This document shows positions 9,420 through 20,282 of a DNA stretch of 64,000 nt, in pieces. Every line of letters starts with the position of its first letter. Positions within the stretch are counted from its first letter, which is position 1. The DNA is from Sphingobacteriia bacterium (GTDB lineage: Bacteria > Bacteroidota > Bacteroidia > J057 > RFSG01). A model generated the notes under the pieces. It was not told the DNA's origin. It worked only from the letters and a program-made list of their open reading frames with translations, and searched no databases. The stretch lies in assembly GCA_009924095.1 (NCBI GenBank), contig RFSG01000002.1, positions 180 through 64,179 on the forward strand, written 5' to 3'. A program made the translations under genes and the position numbers.

Positions 9420-10754
9420 TTGAACATCACGCAACAAGCCACCTCCTCTCTGGAAGCATTGTTAACCCTCGAAATTCATCCCGATGATTATGCGGAAAGA
9501 GTAGATAAAACTTTGAAAAGTTATGCCCGTAAAGCAAAAATGTCAGGGTTCAGAGAAGGAAAAGTGCCGATGAGTTTAATCAAAAAACTCTATGGTAAAG
9601 GCGCAATCTTAGATGAATTAAATAAAACCCTGCAAGAAGAACTGGATCAATATCTTCAACGCGAACAAGTAAAAATATTGGGGTATCCTATCCCGGTTCC
9701 AAAAGCTGATCTAGACTTTGATCTTGACACTCCCTTAACTTATACCTTTGAATTTGAAATTGGTCTGAGTCCTCAGGTTTCGCTTAATCTACAAAATTAT
9801 GATCTTGTAGAATATGAAATTGAAGTGGATGAACCCTATCTCGAAAAGGAAATCCGAATGATTCGTAATCGCTTTGGAAAGCTTACCAATCCAGAGGAAT
9901 CAGCTGCTGGTGATTCTTTGTTTGGTACCATTACCGAAGTCGATGCAAATGGAAATCCAGTAGATAAAGGATTGGTACATAAAATTACCCTCAACCCTGA
10001 AATGTTTGATTATCCCTCCGCTAAAGAAATATTAGTTGGAAAAAAAACAGGCGAGGTGTTTCCCTTTAATCCAGCAAAATTTATGTCTGGAGATAAAAAA
10101 AGAGGATGGCTTCTAAATGTTGATCCGGATGAATATTCAGATAAATACAAGGATAAATCATTTATTTTTTCTGTTGAAAAAGTAAATCATTATGAACCTT
10201 CTGAATTTGATGAGAATTTATTTAAACAGGTGTATCCAACAAATACTCCTGAAAATGAAAATGAATTTAAGGATAAACTGAAAATCAGTATCCAAGAGTA
10301 CATTAATAAAGATGCAGATAAACAATTAATGTTTGCATTAAAAAGGAATTTATTGGAACATAATCGGGTAGATTTACCGGATAGTTTTTTGAAAAAATGG
10401 TTGGCTCAACAACCCGAAAATAAATTAACCACAGAAGAAATTGAAGTGGCTTATGAATCCTATGCAAAAGGGCTTAGGTATGCACTGTTGAGAGATGAAT
10501 TAATTCGGACCTATCCCGACACACAAGCTACTGAGGAAGAGGTAAAAGCTTCTGCGGTGGAAATGCTTCGTGCTTCCATGGGTGATTTACCTGAGGAGCA
10601 ACTCGAGAATTTATTGGGATATTATTTGAACAATAAAGAAATGGTGAATAAACTTTGGGAAGAGGTACAAGAAAAAAAATTGTTTGATTTTCTTAAATCT
10701 GTAATTGTTCCTGCAACAGTTCATATAAGTGCCACTGATTTTGAAAGAATGTAA
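9420..10754 (+). CDS. tig: Trigger factor
   Basis: 444 aa. The N-terminal ribosome-binding region contains GFREGKVP, and the gene sits upstream of clpP-clpX. TTG start as given in the track. Confidence 0.88.
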   Translation: MNITQQATSSLEALLTLEIHPDDYAERVDKTLKSYARKAKMSGFREGKVPMSLIKKLYGKGAILDELNKTLQEELDQYLQREQVKILGYPIPVPKADLDFDLDTPLTYTFEFEIGLSPQVSLNLQNYDLVEYEIEVDEPYLEKEIRMIRNRFGKLTNPEESAAGDSLFGTITEVDANGNPVDKGLVHKITLNPEMFDYPSAKEILVGKKTGEVFPFNPAKFMSGDKKRGWLLNVDPDEYSDKYKDKSFIFSVEKVNHYEPSEFDENLFKQVYPTNTPENENEFKDKLKISIQEYINKDADKQLMFALKRNLLEHNRVDLPDSFLKKWLAQQPENKLTTEEIEVAYESYAKGLRYALLRDELIRTYPDTQATEEEVKASAVEMLRASMGDLPEEQLENLLGYYLNNKEMVNKLWEEVQEKKLFDFLKSVIVPATVHISATDFERM

Positions 10755-10839
10755 AACATATTCTTTGAGATTATCGTTATCCGGTTGTCCTTTTCAAATT
10801 TTAATTAAGTAAATTGTTTTTCCTTTACCCGAACTCATT

Positions 10840-11532
10840 ATGATGTCAAACGAATTTCACAAATATGCAGTAAAGCACCTGGGGATCAGTAGCCATACTT
10901 TGCATGATTATGTTAGTGCCGTAAATACCGGTATTGTTGGGCTTACCCCAAATATCATTGAAGAAAGATCCCTTAACATTGCCGTGATGGATGTGTTTTC
11001 TCGGTTAATGATGGACAGAATTATTTTCTTGGGTCATGCCATAGATGATTATGTTGCCAATATTGTAAATGCTCAACTTTTATTCCTCGAATCTTCGGAT
11101 GCTTCCAGGGATATTTATGTATATATCAATTCTCCTGGAGGATCTGTTTATGCTGGTTTAGGGATTTATGATACGATGCATTATGTAAAACCAGATGTAG
11201 CCACTATTTGTACAGGTATGGCGGCATCTATGGGTGCAGTTTTATTGGCTGCAGGAGCTGCAGGTAAACGTTCGGGTTTACAACATTCCAGAGTAATGAT
11301 TCACCAACCTTTAGGAGGTGCGCAAGGTCAAGCATCGGATATCGCTATCGTACATGAAGAAATTCAAAAATTGAAAAAAGAATTGTACGAAATTCTAGCG
11401 AAACATTCCGGTCAAACCTATGAAAAAGTATGGGCTGATTCAGATCGTGATTATTGGATGAAAGCAGAGGAAGCCAAAGTATATGGCTTGATTGATGAAG
11501 TATTACCCAATCGCGCAGATCTGAAAAAATAA
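10840..11532 (+). CDS. clpP: ATP-dependent Clp protease proteolytic subunit
   Basis: 230 aa with INSPGGSV, catalytic GMAASMGA and MIHQPLGG motifs. Confidence 0.95.
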   Translation: MMSNEFHKYAVKHLGISSHTLHDYVSAVNTGIVGLTPNIIEERSLNIAVMDVFSRLMMDRIIFLGHAIDDYVANIVNAQLLFLESSDASRDIYVYINSPGGSVYAGLGIYDTMHYVKPDVATICTGMAASMGAVLLAAGAAGKRSGLQHSRVMIHQPLGGAQGQASDIAIVHEEIQKLKKELYEILAKHSGQTYEKVWADSDRDYWMKAEEAKVYGLIDEVLPNRADLKK

Positions 11533-11537
11533 TAGGA

Positions 11538-12824
11538 ATGAGTGAAAAAAATATTGACGTTCACTGCTCTTTCTGTGGACGTAGTAAAGAAGCTGTTTCC
11601 GTTTTATTGGCAGGAATAGATGGGGTACACATTTGCGAAAATTGTGTCGCTCAGGCTCGGCAATTAATTGAAGCTGAACAGGCAGATCAATCTTCAGGTG
11701 CTGATAGTAGTGTTCTTTTATTAACCCCAAGAGAAATTAAGAGTCATTTAGATCAATATATCATTGGTCAGGATGAAGCTAAAAAAATACTTTCGGTTGC
11801 CGTCTATAATCATTTTAGAAGAATTTGGCATGTAAAGTCTAAATCATCGGCAAAATCCTCCAATAATTTAGGAAGTAAGAAAAAGGAAAAAGAAATTGTC
11901 GAATTAGATAAGAGCAATATTTTACTGGCAGGCCCAACAGGAACCGGAAAAACTTTACTCGCTAAAACCATTGCAAAAATTCTGAATGTTCCATTTTGTA
12001 TCGCTGATGCAACTGTATTAACAGAAGCAGGATATGTCGGGGAAGATGTAGAAAGTATTTTAGTTCGATTATTACAAGCAGCAGATTATGATGTTGCGCT
12101 GGCTGAAACTGGGATTGTCTATATTGATGAAGTAGATAAAATTGCTCGAAAGGCCGATAATCCTTCTATTACCCGAGATGTGAGTGGGGAAGGGGTTCAG
12201 CAAGCTTTGTTAAAATTATTAGAAGGAACCATCGCCAATGTTCCGCCCAAAGGGGGAAGGAAACATCCCGATCAACAATTAATTAAAATCGATACCTCTC
12301 AAATATTGTTTATCTGCGGTGGAGCATTTGATGGATTGGAAAAAATAATCTCTAAACGACTCTCTTTACAAACCGTTGGCTTTAATCGAAACCGGGAAAA
12401 AGAAGAAATTCAATCGGGAAATTTATTACGGTATTTACAACCCATTGATTTAAAACGTTTCGGATTAATTCCAGAATTAATTGGTCGCCTTCCTGTAATT
12501 ACCTACATGGATCCTTTAGATCATACCGCTTTACGGGCAATACTTACAGAACCTAAAAATTCAATTATTCGACAATATGCTTATTTATTTGAACTCGAAG
12601 GTATAAAATTACAATTCGAGGAAAATGCCTTAGAGTATATTGTAAATCAAACTGAAATATTAGGTTTGGGTGCACGTGGATTAAGATCAGTGTTAGAATC
12701 CATCATGACTGATGCGATGTTCGAAATGCCTGGGAAAAAGGTGAAAAAATTAGTGATTACCTTAAACTACGCAACTGAACATTTTTTAAATTCTACCCTA
12801 TCAACTATTAAAAAGGTAAGTTGA
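11538..12824 (+). CDS. clpX: ATP-dependent Clp protease ATP-binding subunit ClpX
   Basis: 428 aa with an N-terminal zinc finger CSFCGR...CENC, Walker A GPTGTGKT and Walker [10 protein letters not shown]. Confidence 0.95.
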   Translation: MSEKNIDVHCSFCGRSKEAVSVLLAGIDGVHICENCVAQARQLIEAEQADQSSGADSSVLLLTPREIKSHLDQYIIGQDEAKKILSVAVYNHFRRIWHVKSKSSAKSSNNLGSKKKEKEIVELDKSNILLAGPTGTGKTLLAKTIAKILNVPFCIADATVLTEAGYVGEDVESILVRLLQAADYDVALAETGIVYIDEVDKIARKADNPSITRDVSGEGVQQALLKLLEGTIANVPPKGGRKHPDQQLIKIDTSQILFICGGAFDGLEKIISKRLSLQTVGFNRNREKEEIQSGNLLRYLQPIDLKRFGLIPELIGRLPVITYMDPLDHTALRAILTEPKNSIIRQYAYLFELEGIKLQFEENALEYIVNQTEILGLGARGLRSVLESIMTDAMFEMPGKKVKKLVITLNYATEHFLNSTLSTIKKVS

Positions 12825-12861
12825 TTTTTAATTAATTGAGAATTTATTCCATTCAGGGAAT

Positions 12862-13260
12862 TTAGTGGGAATATAATTTAGGATCAAAATCAACAGATCC
12901 AAATAAATATAACATTAATACTCGGCTATACCGGAACATTAGCGGGCTTCCTCCGGAAATCAATAGACCAATAATTCCTCCATAGGTCCATATAGAAGGA
13001 TTACCGGCAAATTGCCATAAAAGAATAGAAACAATTACGGAAACACCTACCGATAAAGCATACGATATATACATGGAACCCCAATAAAATCCGGGTTCTA
13101 TTTCAAATTTAAATCCACAGTGGGTACAATGCGAATTCATATTTCCGAATTGAGATAGATTATAGGGGGAATAAGAAAACATTTTCCCATTTCTACATTT
13201 AGGGCAATGACATTTCACCATGGCTGTAAATACAGAAGGTATTGGGGTAGGTTTACTCAT
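12862..13260 (-). CDS. DUF983-family membrane protein
   Basis: 132 aa with CPKCRNG...CTHCG zinc-ribbon-like motifs followed by two TM helices. Last gene of the cox-associated string. Confidence 0.7.
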   Translation of the reverse strand: MSKPTPIPSVFTAMVKCHCPKCRNGKMFSYSPYNLSQFGNMNSHCTHCGFKFEIEPGFYWGSMYISYALSVGVSVIVSILLWQFAGNPSIWTYGGIIGLLISGGSPLMFRYSRVLMLYLFGSVDFDPKLYSH

Positions 13261-13523
13261 GAAAGGTTTTGTTGACTTAAATATTTTTTACGTTTCCTAT
13301 ATTGCTGATAATAACGATAGCCAATAACGCTGGCAGCCAAATAAGGCATCACCAATAAAAAAAGAATTCCTTTATTTAATCCGGCTCCTTTTTTTCCTCC
13401 ATTTGCCAGATTGGCTTCAACAGAGGCTTTGCACATAGGACATTGTGCTGGCAATTGAATTATGGATACACCCAATACCAAATGAATGCCCAATAAAATT
13501 CGAAGTGCTGCAATTTTAAACAT
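13257..13523 (-). CDS. Small membrane protein with CPMC motif (function unknown)
   Basis: 88 aa with an N-terminal signal/TM, a CxxC motif (AQCPMCKA), a second TM and a basic tail. Start/stop overlaps on both sides suggest real translation within the operon. Confidence 0.5.
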   Translation of the reverse strand: MFKIAALRILLGIHLVLGVSIIQLPAQCPMCKASVEANLANGGKKGAGLNKGILFLLVMPYLAASVIGYRYYQQYRKRKKYLSQQNLS

Positions 13524-14040
13524 AATAAGGGGATATCATTATATAAACCAAAACACCTGTTACGGCAACATATAGCCAAATGGGTAGCGTATATTTAGCT
13601 ATCCTTTTATGTAAAGCATATTTTTCTTGCCAGGCTCTGGATAAAGTAATCAAAACCAGAGGAACAATTGCAACTGCAAGTAATATATGCGACAACAATA
13701 CAAAATAATAAATACTTCGAATAATCCCCTCACCTCCAAACCTTGTAGGCTCTGTAAACATATGATACGTTACATAGGAAATCAAAAATATTGCGGAAAG
13801 CATAAATGCACCCATCATGGAATAACGATGATATTCAATTTTCTTTTGCCGTATAAAAATATAACCCGCAATTAATAAAACCGCCGTTGTGAAATTTAAA
13901 GCGGCATGAAAGGGGGGTAAAAGATGAATATTAAAATTTAATTTAATATCCGGTGGGGAAACATAAAATAAAATTAATACCACTAAGGGAATCGCTACTG
14001 AAATAATAATGATCAGTAAATTCAGGGTTTTATCTTTCAT
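13516..14040 (-). CDS. DUF420-family membrane protein (CtaM-like oxidase-associated protein)
   Basis: 174 aa, four TM helices, HAALN motif. Located directly downstream of SCO in the cox cluster. Confidence 0.72.
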   Translation of the reverse strand: MKDKTLNLLIIIISVAIPLVVLILFYVSPPDIKLNFNIHLLPPFHAALNFTTAVLLIAGYIFIRQKKIEYHRYSMMGAFMLSAIFLISYVTYHMFTEPTRFGGEGIIRSIYYFVLLSHILLAVAIVPLVLITLSRAWQEKYALHKRIAKYTLPIWLYVAVTGVLVYIMISPYYV

Positions 14041-14096
14041 TCCTTATTAACGATTTATGTTGACAGTTAAGTTCTTTAAAATTGAAATTTTGAATC

Positions 14097-14780
14097 CTAT
14101 TTTCTATCACCGTATTCAATTTTAAGGACTTCAATTTCATCAATTAATCGTTTCACATCTTTAGTGTCGGTGCCATCATAAAATCCTCGAATCCTTTTGT
14201 CTTTATCTACCAACACTAATTTTTCAGAATGAATAAAATCCTCTGGTCCTCCATCTCCGGTTAATGCCGATAAAAAATAACTATTTCTAGCAAGTGCATA
14301 TAATTCAGGTTTATCCCCAGTAAGAAAATACCATTTACCTGCTTGTGCATGATGGTCTTTGGCATATTGAGCTAACACTGGAACACTATCCGTTTCAGGG
14401 TCTACCGTATGAGATAAGATAATTACCTGATCATCTTTTTCAAATTCCTTTTGCACCTTTTCTAAATGTTTTGACATCAAAGGACAAATGGTTTTACAAG
14501 TAGTAAAAAAATAATCAGCAATATATATTTTCCCTTTGGTGATGGACTCGGTAATAGTATCTCCGGTTTGGGAAATAAATTTGAAAGGTTCAATGGTATG
14601 ATAAATTGTATCTCCCGTTGAACTTAATTCTTTAGGTCCAAATATGTCCAACCGTTTATATTGAGTAGAGCAGGAACTATAATAAAAAAGTAACCCCAAC
14701 ACTGGTAGTATTAGGGTTACAAATAATATGAGTGTTGTTTTTTTGTCTGACACCTTATCCAATAAAATGTTCTCTTGCAA
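14097..14780 (-). CDS. SCO1/SenC-family copper chaperone
   Basis: 227 aa with an N-terminal TM, a thioredoxin-like fold and the CKTICP (CxxxC) copper-binding motif. Confidence 0.85.
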   Translation of the reverse strand: MQENILLDKVSDKKTTLILFVTLILPVLGLLFYYSSCSTQYKRLDIFGPKELSSTGDTIYHTIEPFKFISQTGDTITESITKGKIYIADYFFTTCKTICPLMSKHLEKVQKEFEKDDQVIILSHTVDPETDSVPVLAQYAKDHHAQAGKWYFLTGDKPELYALARNSYFLSALTGDGGPEDFIHSEKLVLVDKDKRIRGFYDGTDTKDVKRLIDEIEVLKIEYGDRK

Positions 14781-15090
14781 ATAACCACCAATTACCTTCG
14801 GTTAACATAGCTAATACAAACCATAAGATAAATACAATAGGAATTAATATCGACCAGATTAAGGATTTGGTTTCATGCCCTAAGTGCATAAATTCAGCAA
14901 CAATATAAAATGCTTTTAATATTGTTAAGGAAATAAAAATCACATTTAATAAAGTAACCGATAAGCTTTCTGGCCAGGTGTAGGCCAAAGTAACTTCAAC
15001 GGTAGTTACCACGAGTAATATCCAAAACACCTTCCAAATCCATTTGGTATTGGGTTTTGCGTCAGTTCCGGGAGTTATTGTATGTTCCAT
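14755..15090 (-). CDS. Cytochrome c oxidase subunit IV (prokaryotic COX4 family)
   Basis: 111 aa with three TM helices and the KAFYIVAEFMHL motif. Confidence 0.75.
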   Translation of the reverse strand: MEHTITPGTDAKPNTKWIWKVFWILLVVTTVEVTLAYTWPESLSVTLLNVIFISLTILKAFYIVAEFMHLGHETKSLIWSILIPIVFILWFVLAMLTEGNWWLFAREHFIG

Positions 15091-15108
15091 CGTAATTAAA
15101 TCAAAAAG

Positions 15109-15804
15109 TTATACTAAGTAAAAGAAGGTAAAAACAAACACCCAAACTAAATCTACAAAGTGCCAGTATAGTCCAACTTTTTCAACCATTTCATAATGAC
15201 CTGTTCTTTCCATTACTCCATCTCTAACCCGAGTATAGATGATAAAATTAATTACCACCCCAGAAAGTACGTGTGTACCATGGAATCCAGTAATAAAGAA
15301 AAACAATTGGCCAAAATTAACCGGACCTGGAGTTCTTTCTCCGCTTTCAGAAGCTGGTCCCCAAAGATTTCCCCAGATCGTAGTTCCATCTTCAATTAAG
15401 TGTGTCCATTCCCAAGCTTGGCAGGCCAAAAAGGTTGCGCCTCCTAATATGGTCCAAAGCATCCATTTTTCTACTGCTGCTTTATCCATTCTGGAACCAG
15501 CCTCTACTGCTAATACCATGGTTACCGAGCTCATAATCAAAATAAAGGTCATGAGCGACACAAACATTAGCGGTAAGTGCATATGCCCCATCGCAGGGAA
15601 GGAAGCAAATACTTGATCTGGATCAGGCCAATAGGGATTTGAAAAACGTAAAGCACCGTAAACGATCAATAAACCCGAAAAGGTAAACGCATCCGATACT
15701 AAGAAGAACCACATCATTAACTTGCCGTAGCTGGCTTTCATGGGTTCTCTTCCGCCTGCCCAGGCATGATTCTGAATTCCGGTAACAAGTGATTCTGATG
15801 ACAT
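15109..15804 (-). CDS. Cytochrome c oxidase subunit III
   Basis: 231 aa polytopic protein with C-terminal GFHGTHV....YWHFVD motifs of heme-copper oxidase subunit III. Confidence 0.85.
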   Translation of the reverse strand: MSSESLVTGIQNHAWAGGREPMKASYGKLMMWFFLVSDAFTFSGLLIVYGALRFSNPYWPDPDQVFASFPAMGHMHLPLMFVSLMTFILIMSSVTMVLAVEAGSRMDKAAVEKWMLWTILGGATFLACQAWEWTHLIEDGTTIWGNLWGPASESGERTPGPVNFGQLFFFITGFHGTHVLSGVVINFIIYTRVRDGVMERTGHYEMVEKVGLYWHFVDLVWVFVFTFFYLV

Positions 15805-15823
15805 ATTTATCAGGTATAATCAG

Positions 15824-16399
15824 TTATGAATAATGATACAAAAGAAACAAAAAAAGGTAAATCCACAAAGCCCCCATAAAATGCCAATAGGTTGCACACA
15901 GTTCTACCCCTAACATTTTATTCGCCCGATACCTAAACAATATCGCCTTTACCAACACCCAAATTACAGCGATTAATCCCCCAATTAAATGCAATCCATG
16001 TAATCCGGTAAGGATATATAAAAACGAATTAGAAGGATTATCCCGAAAAAATACCCCCATATTTACCAATTCCATCCAACCCATAAATTGACCGGCTAAA
16101 AATGCTACACCTAATAAGGCGGTTATCCACAGTCCCGTAACTAAATTGGGAAAAGATTCTCGCTTTAAGGAAACTAAACTCCACTGCATGGTTACAGAAC
16201 TTAATAGGATAAGTCCTGAAGTAATCCAAAACATAGGAGGCATTTTGAAATAATTCCAATTCCCTTCTCCTTGTCTAACCATTAATGCGGAACTTAAGGC
16301 AGCGAAAATCATAACGATGCTTACCATCGAAACCCACAACACCACTTTTTTAGGATGTATCCTAAAATCGGGTTCTTCTATTTTTATCTCTTGTTGCAT
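15824..16399 (-). CDS. Cytochrome c oxidase subunit III-family protein (second, shorter paralog)
   Basis: 191 aa with GLHGLHLIGG and YWHFMG motifs. Confidence 0.8.
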   Translation of the reverse strand: MQQEIKIEEPDFRIHPKKVVLWVSMVSIVMIFAALSSALMVRQGEGNWNYFKMPPMFWITSGLILLSSVTMQWSLVSLKRESFPNLVTGLWITALLGVAFLAGQFMGWMELVNMGVFFRDNPSNSFLYILTGLHGLHLIGGLIAVIWVLVKAILFRYRANKMLGVELCATYWHFMGALWIYLFLFLLYHYS

Positions 16400-16402
16400 A
16401 AC

Positions 16403-17302
16403 TTAAAATTTATCAAAAACCAGTGCTAATTGAACTACCGGTAAATAAATAAAGGAAGCAAACATTAATCTTTTTGCAGCTTTATCACTTTCCTCCCGGA
16501 ATAAGTAAAACGCACATATACTCATCATAATTCCGGATAAAGAAATTAAAATAAATCCAGGAATTCCTACCAAATGATATTGATAGGGTAATAACGATAA
16601 TGGAATTAAGATTAATGTATAAATCAATATCGTGCTAGCATTTCGGGAATTTTTACCTCCTGCATAAGGCAACATTTTAAATCCTGCACGACAATAATCT
16701 TCATGTAAAATCCAAGCGATAGCCCAAAAATGCGGAAACTGCCAAGCAAATTGTAGTGCAAATAAAATCCAGGCTTGAGGACCAATATGATCTGTAAAGG
16801 CAATATATCCCAATAGGGGTGGAACTGCTCCGGGAATCGCACCGATTACCACTCCAAAAGAAGAAATTCTTTTTAAAGGAGTATATACAAATGCATATAA
16901 TAATAAGGCAACTAAGCCTAATAAAAACGCTTGAAAATTTTGGGTTATTCCTAATATTGCCAATCCACCAATTCCTACGATTATGGCAAATATCCACGCC
17001 TCTTGAACTGGGATACGTCCTGCCGCTAAAGGTCTGTTGCGCGTACGGTACATTAAGGGATCTAATTCCCTTTCCAATATTTGATTTAAAGTATTTGATG
17101 CAGCTGTAATTGCAAATCCACCCAGCGATAACCAGAAAATAGTTAACCAGGAATAGGGCCATCTTGCAGCAGTTAAATATCCCGTGACAGAAGAAAATAT
17201 AACTAAGCCCGATAAGGTCGGTTTACTTAATTGAGCATATTCTTTCCCTCGGGAAATTAATTTCTGAAAGAGGGGTAAGGTTAGGGTAGCATTCGTATTC
17301 AT
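16403..17302 (-). CDS. ctaB: Protoheme IX farnesyltransferase (heme O synthase)
   Basis: 299 aa UbiA-family prenyltransferase with N..ERE.D..M.RT..RPL motif. Confidence 0.9.
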   Translation of the reverse strand: MNTNATLTLPLFQKLISRGKEYAQLSKPTLSGLVIFSSVTGYLTAARWPYSWLTIFWLSLGGFAITAASNTLNQILERELDPLMYRTRNRPLAAGRIPVQEAWIFAIIVGIGGLAILGITQNFQAFLLGLVALLLYAFVYTPLKRISSFGVVIGAIPGAVPPLLGYIAFTDHIGPQAWILFALQFAWQFPHFWAIAWILHEDYCRAGFKMLPYAGGKNSRNASTILIYTLILIPLSLLPYQYHLVGIPGFILISLSGIMMSICAFYLFREESDKAAKRLMFASFIYLPVVQLALVFDKF

Positions 17303-18315
17303 TTTACCTCCTCCAGTGAATAATCGGATTTAGGCCGAACATAAATTAATATTCCAATGTATATTAATATTCCGCTTAATATACTGCCACCTAATAAATG
17401 TAAGGGTTGAGCAAACGCAGGCATACCCCCATAACTTAAAATCATTCCGATTGCAACCGAAATTAATATTAATAACAATTGAATTTTGGGAAGATCCTTA
17501 AACCCTTTAAATATTTCTGTTTTATTGATACTGCGAAATAATTGAACAGCACAAATAATAAATAATATAGATAAGCTTCGATGAATATAAAAGGGGATAG
17601 ATAAATAATTAATCCATTCCCCACGACGAGCTTCTCCTAATTCAATGGCAATGTTATCAATATTTTCTCTAACCTGAGTACCTAAAACAATTTGCACTAA
17701 AGATAAAGTCATACAGGCTTTCCACCATATTTGATATTTATGATCAGGAGCGATTGGAGATAATCCATAAATGCCACCAGCCAGACTAACCCCAGCCACT
17801 AAACAACCTGTTATTACCAAGGCTAATAACATATGTAAAGTAATTATTGCGGGAGATAAATCCGTGGCTACTACTTGTGCTCCTAACCATCCTTGAAAAC
17901 CCACCAATAAGAATCCGGCTAAGGAAAAATAAAAAATACCGCTTCTATATTTCCGTAAGGGGAAAGATAATATCAGGGTAATAAATATTAATATTCCGAT
18001 TATCACGCCTAATAGCCGATTTAAATATTCTGTCCAGGTATGGAAAGCTGAAAATTCACTTACTTGTATTCTTTCTGTACTAAACCGGGATTGATAATCT
18101 GCGGGTAATTCATTTACATCGGTGGGTGGAATCCATTGACCAAAACATTTAGGCCAATCCGGACATCCCATCCCGGAACCACTGCTTCTCACAATCCCTC
18201 CAACTAAAATTAAAAAATAGACAGATAAAACAGTGGCTATCCCAAATTTGCGGAATAGCCCTGTTTTAAATGATTGATTAATTTCCGGATTCACTAAACC
18301 GGTACGCTGAATCAA
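17299..18315 (-). CDS. ctaA: Heme A synthase (COX15/CtaA family)
   Basis: 338 aa, eight predicted TM helices, GCPDWPKC motif. ATGA-type overlaps with ctaD and ctaB. Confidence 0.8.
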   Translation of the reverse strand: MIQRTGLVNPEINQSFKTGLFRKFGIATVLSVYFLILVGGIVRSSGSGMGCPDWPKCFGQWIPPTDVNELPADYQSRFSTERIQVSEFSAFHTWTEYLNRLLGVIIGILIFITLILSFPLRKYRSGIFYFSLAGFLLVGFQGWLGAQVVATDLSPAIITLHMLLALVITGCLVAGVSLAGGIYGLSPIAPDHKYQIWWKACMTLSLVQIVLGTQVRENIDNIAIELGEARRGEWINYLSIPFYIHRSLSILFIICAVQLFRSINKTEIFKGFKDLPKIQLLLILISVAIGMILSYGGMPAFAQPLHLLGGSILSGILIYIGILIYVRPKSDYSLEEVK

Positions 18316-20264
18316 TGATGAGCAGCGGGAGTATCTGCTACCCGATTTCCATTTTCATCATATAATAAGGAAGCATTTGCCGGGTTATGATCCCAATCTT
18401 GTATGGCACCATCCGGAATATGTTGAGGTAAATAATCATTATTCACTCCGGGTTTGCTATAATCGTAAGGCCATCTATAAACCGCAGGAATTTGACCTTC
18501 CCAATTTCCATGCTGAGGATTATGAGGAGTAGTCCATTCCAAAGTATTAGAGTTCCATGGATTTAAAGGTGCTTTTTTCCCTTTGAAAATACTTCCAAAG
18601 AAATTATATAAAAATACCAATTGACCTGAAAAACCTAATATCGCTGAAAGCGTAATAAAAATATTCATGTTGGTAAATCCTTGTGTAAAATCAAAAGTAG
18701 AAGCTGCATAATATCTCCGAGGTATACCTGCCATTCCCATAAAGTGCATTGGGAAAAATACTAGATATACAGAAATAAAGGTTAACCAAAAATGTAAATA
18801 TCCTAAACGGTCGTTCATCATTTTACCAAACATTTTCGGGAACCAATGATATACTCCAGCAAAAAATCCAAAGGCAGAAGCAGATCCCATTACTAAGTGA
18901 AAATGTGCAGTCACAAAATACGTATCATGTAAAGGAATATCTAAAGCTGCATTTCCTAAGAATATTCCCGTTACTCCACCGGTAATAAATAAAGATACTA
19001 ATCCGATAGAAAATAACATGGCAGTTGTAAACCGGATATTTCCGCCCCATAAGGTTGCCAAATAATTAAATGTTTTAACTGCGGATGGAACTGCAATAAT
19101 TAAGGTCAACAACATAAACACTGTTCCTAAGAATGGATTCATCCCGGTAACAAACATATGGTGCGCCCATACGATAAAAGATAAAAAGGCAATTCCTAAA
19201 ATACTTCCAATCATTGCTCTGTATCCAAATATGGGTTTACGAGCATTGGTAGAAATAATTTCTGAAGTCATCCCTAATGCAGGTAATAATACAATATACA
19301 CTTCAGGGTGACCTAAGAACCAAAATAAATGTTGGAATAATATTGGTGAACCGCCATGATTTTCTAAAGCTTTTCCTGCAATATAAATATCCGATAAATA
19401 AAAACTGGTTCCGAAACTTCTATCAAAGATTAATAATAAGGCTGCAGAAAATAAAACCGGAAATGAAAGGGTTCCAATAATAGCGGTTACAAAAAATGCC
19501 CAAATGGTCAATGGCATTCTTGTCATTGACATCCCTTTGGTTCTCAGATTTAATACGGTGGAGATATAATTAATGGCTCCTAATAAAGAGGACACAATAA
19601 ATAAAGCCATAGAAATTAACCATAGGGTCATTCCCATACCAGATCCTGAAATCGCCTGAGGTAATGCCGATAAGGGAGGATAAATTACCCAACCACCACC
19701 AGCAGGACCCGTTTCTAAAAATAAAGAATAGGTCATAATCACTGCTGATGCAAAAAAGAACCAATAGGATAACATATTAATAAATCCACTGGCCATGTCT
19801 CTGGCTCCCAATTGAAGTGGAATTAAGAAATTTGAGAAGGTTCCACTTAATCCTGCTGTTAAAACGAAAAATACCATGATTGTACCGTGCATGGTAACCA
19901 TCGCCAAGTAAAATTCAGGATCTAATTGTCCGGATTCATTAATCCATTTTCCTAAGATTGGGCGTAAAATTCCTAAGTCTTCTTGTGGCCAAGCCAATTG
20001 AATACGGAATAAGACCGACAATAATAATCCAACTATTGCCATGATAATTCCAGATATCAGGAATTGTTTTGCAATGGTTTTGTGATCGGTAGAGAAAACG
20101 TATTTCCGGATAAAATTTACTTCCGGTAATTCATCTTCTTCTGAATGTGAATCATGCGATTCGTCATGACCAGAACCATGATGATGTGAATGGGCATGTT
20201 CAGCCGGCGCAATGGAGGGCGCCTCTTCTAGCTGTTCCCTTAAATCGAGTGTTTCAGATGACAT
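18312..20264 (-). CDS. ctaD: Cytochrome c oxidase subunit I, with histidine-rich N-terminal extension
   Basis: 650 aa with canonical heme-copper oxidase motifs (WFFGHPEVY-like LFWFLGHPEVYIV, HHMF, HFH). N-terminus contains HAHSHHHGSGHDESHDSH. Confidence 0.95.
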   Translation of the reverse strand: MSSETLDLREQLEEAPSIAPAEHAHSHHHGSGHDESHDSHSEEDELPEVNFIRKYVFSTDHKTIAKQFLISGIIMAIVGLLLSVLFRIQLAWPQEDLGILRPILGKWINESGQLDPEFYLAMVTMHGTIMVFFVLTAGLSGTFSNFLIPLQLGARDMASGFINMLSYWFFFASAVIMTYSLFLETGPAGGGWVIYPPLSALPQAISGSGMGMTLWLISMALFIVSSLLGAINYISTVLNLRTKGMSMTRMPLTIWAFFVTAIIGTLSFPVLFSAALLLIFDRSFGTSFYLSDIYIAGKALENHGGSPILFQHLFWFLGHPEVYIVLLPALGMTSEIISTNARKPIFGYRAMIGSILGIAFLSFIVWAHHMFVTGMNPFLGTVFMLLTLIIAVPSAVKTFNYLATLWGGNIRFTTAMLFSIGLVSLFITGGVTGIFLGNAALDIPLHDTYFVTAHFHLVMGSASAFGFFAGVYHWFPKMFGKMMNDRLGYLHFWLTFISVYLVFFPMHFMGMAGIPRRYYAASTFDFTQGFTNMNIFITLSAILGFSGQLVFLYNFFGSIFKGKKAPLNPWNSNTLEWTTPHNPQHGNWEGQIPAVYRWPYDYSKPGVNNDYLPQHIPDGAIQDWDHNPANASLLYDENGNRVADTPAAHH

Positions 20265-20282
20265 ATGTCAGGGAATTATGGG

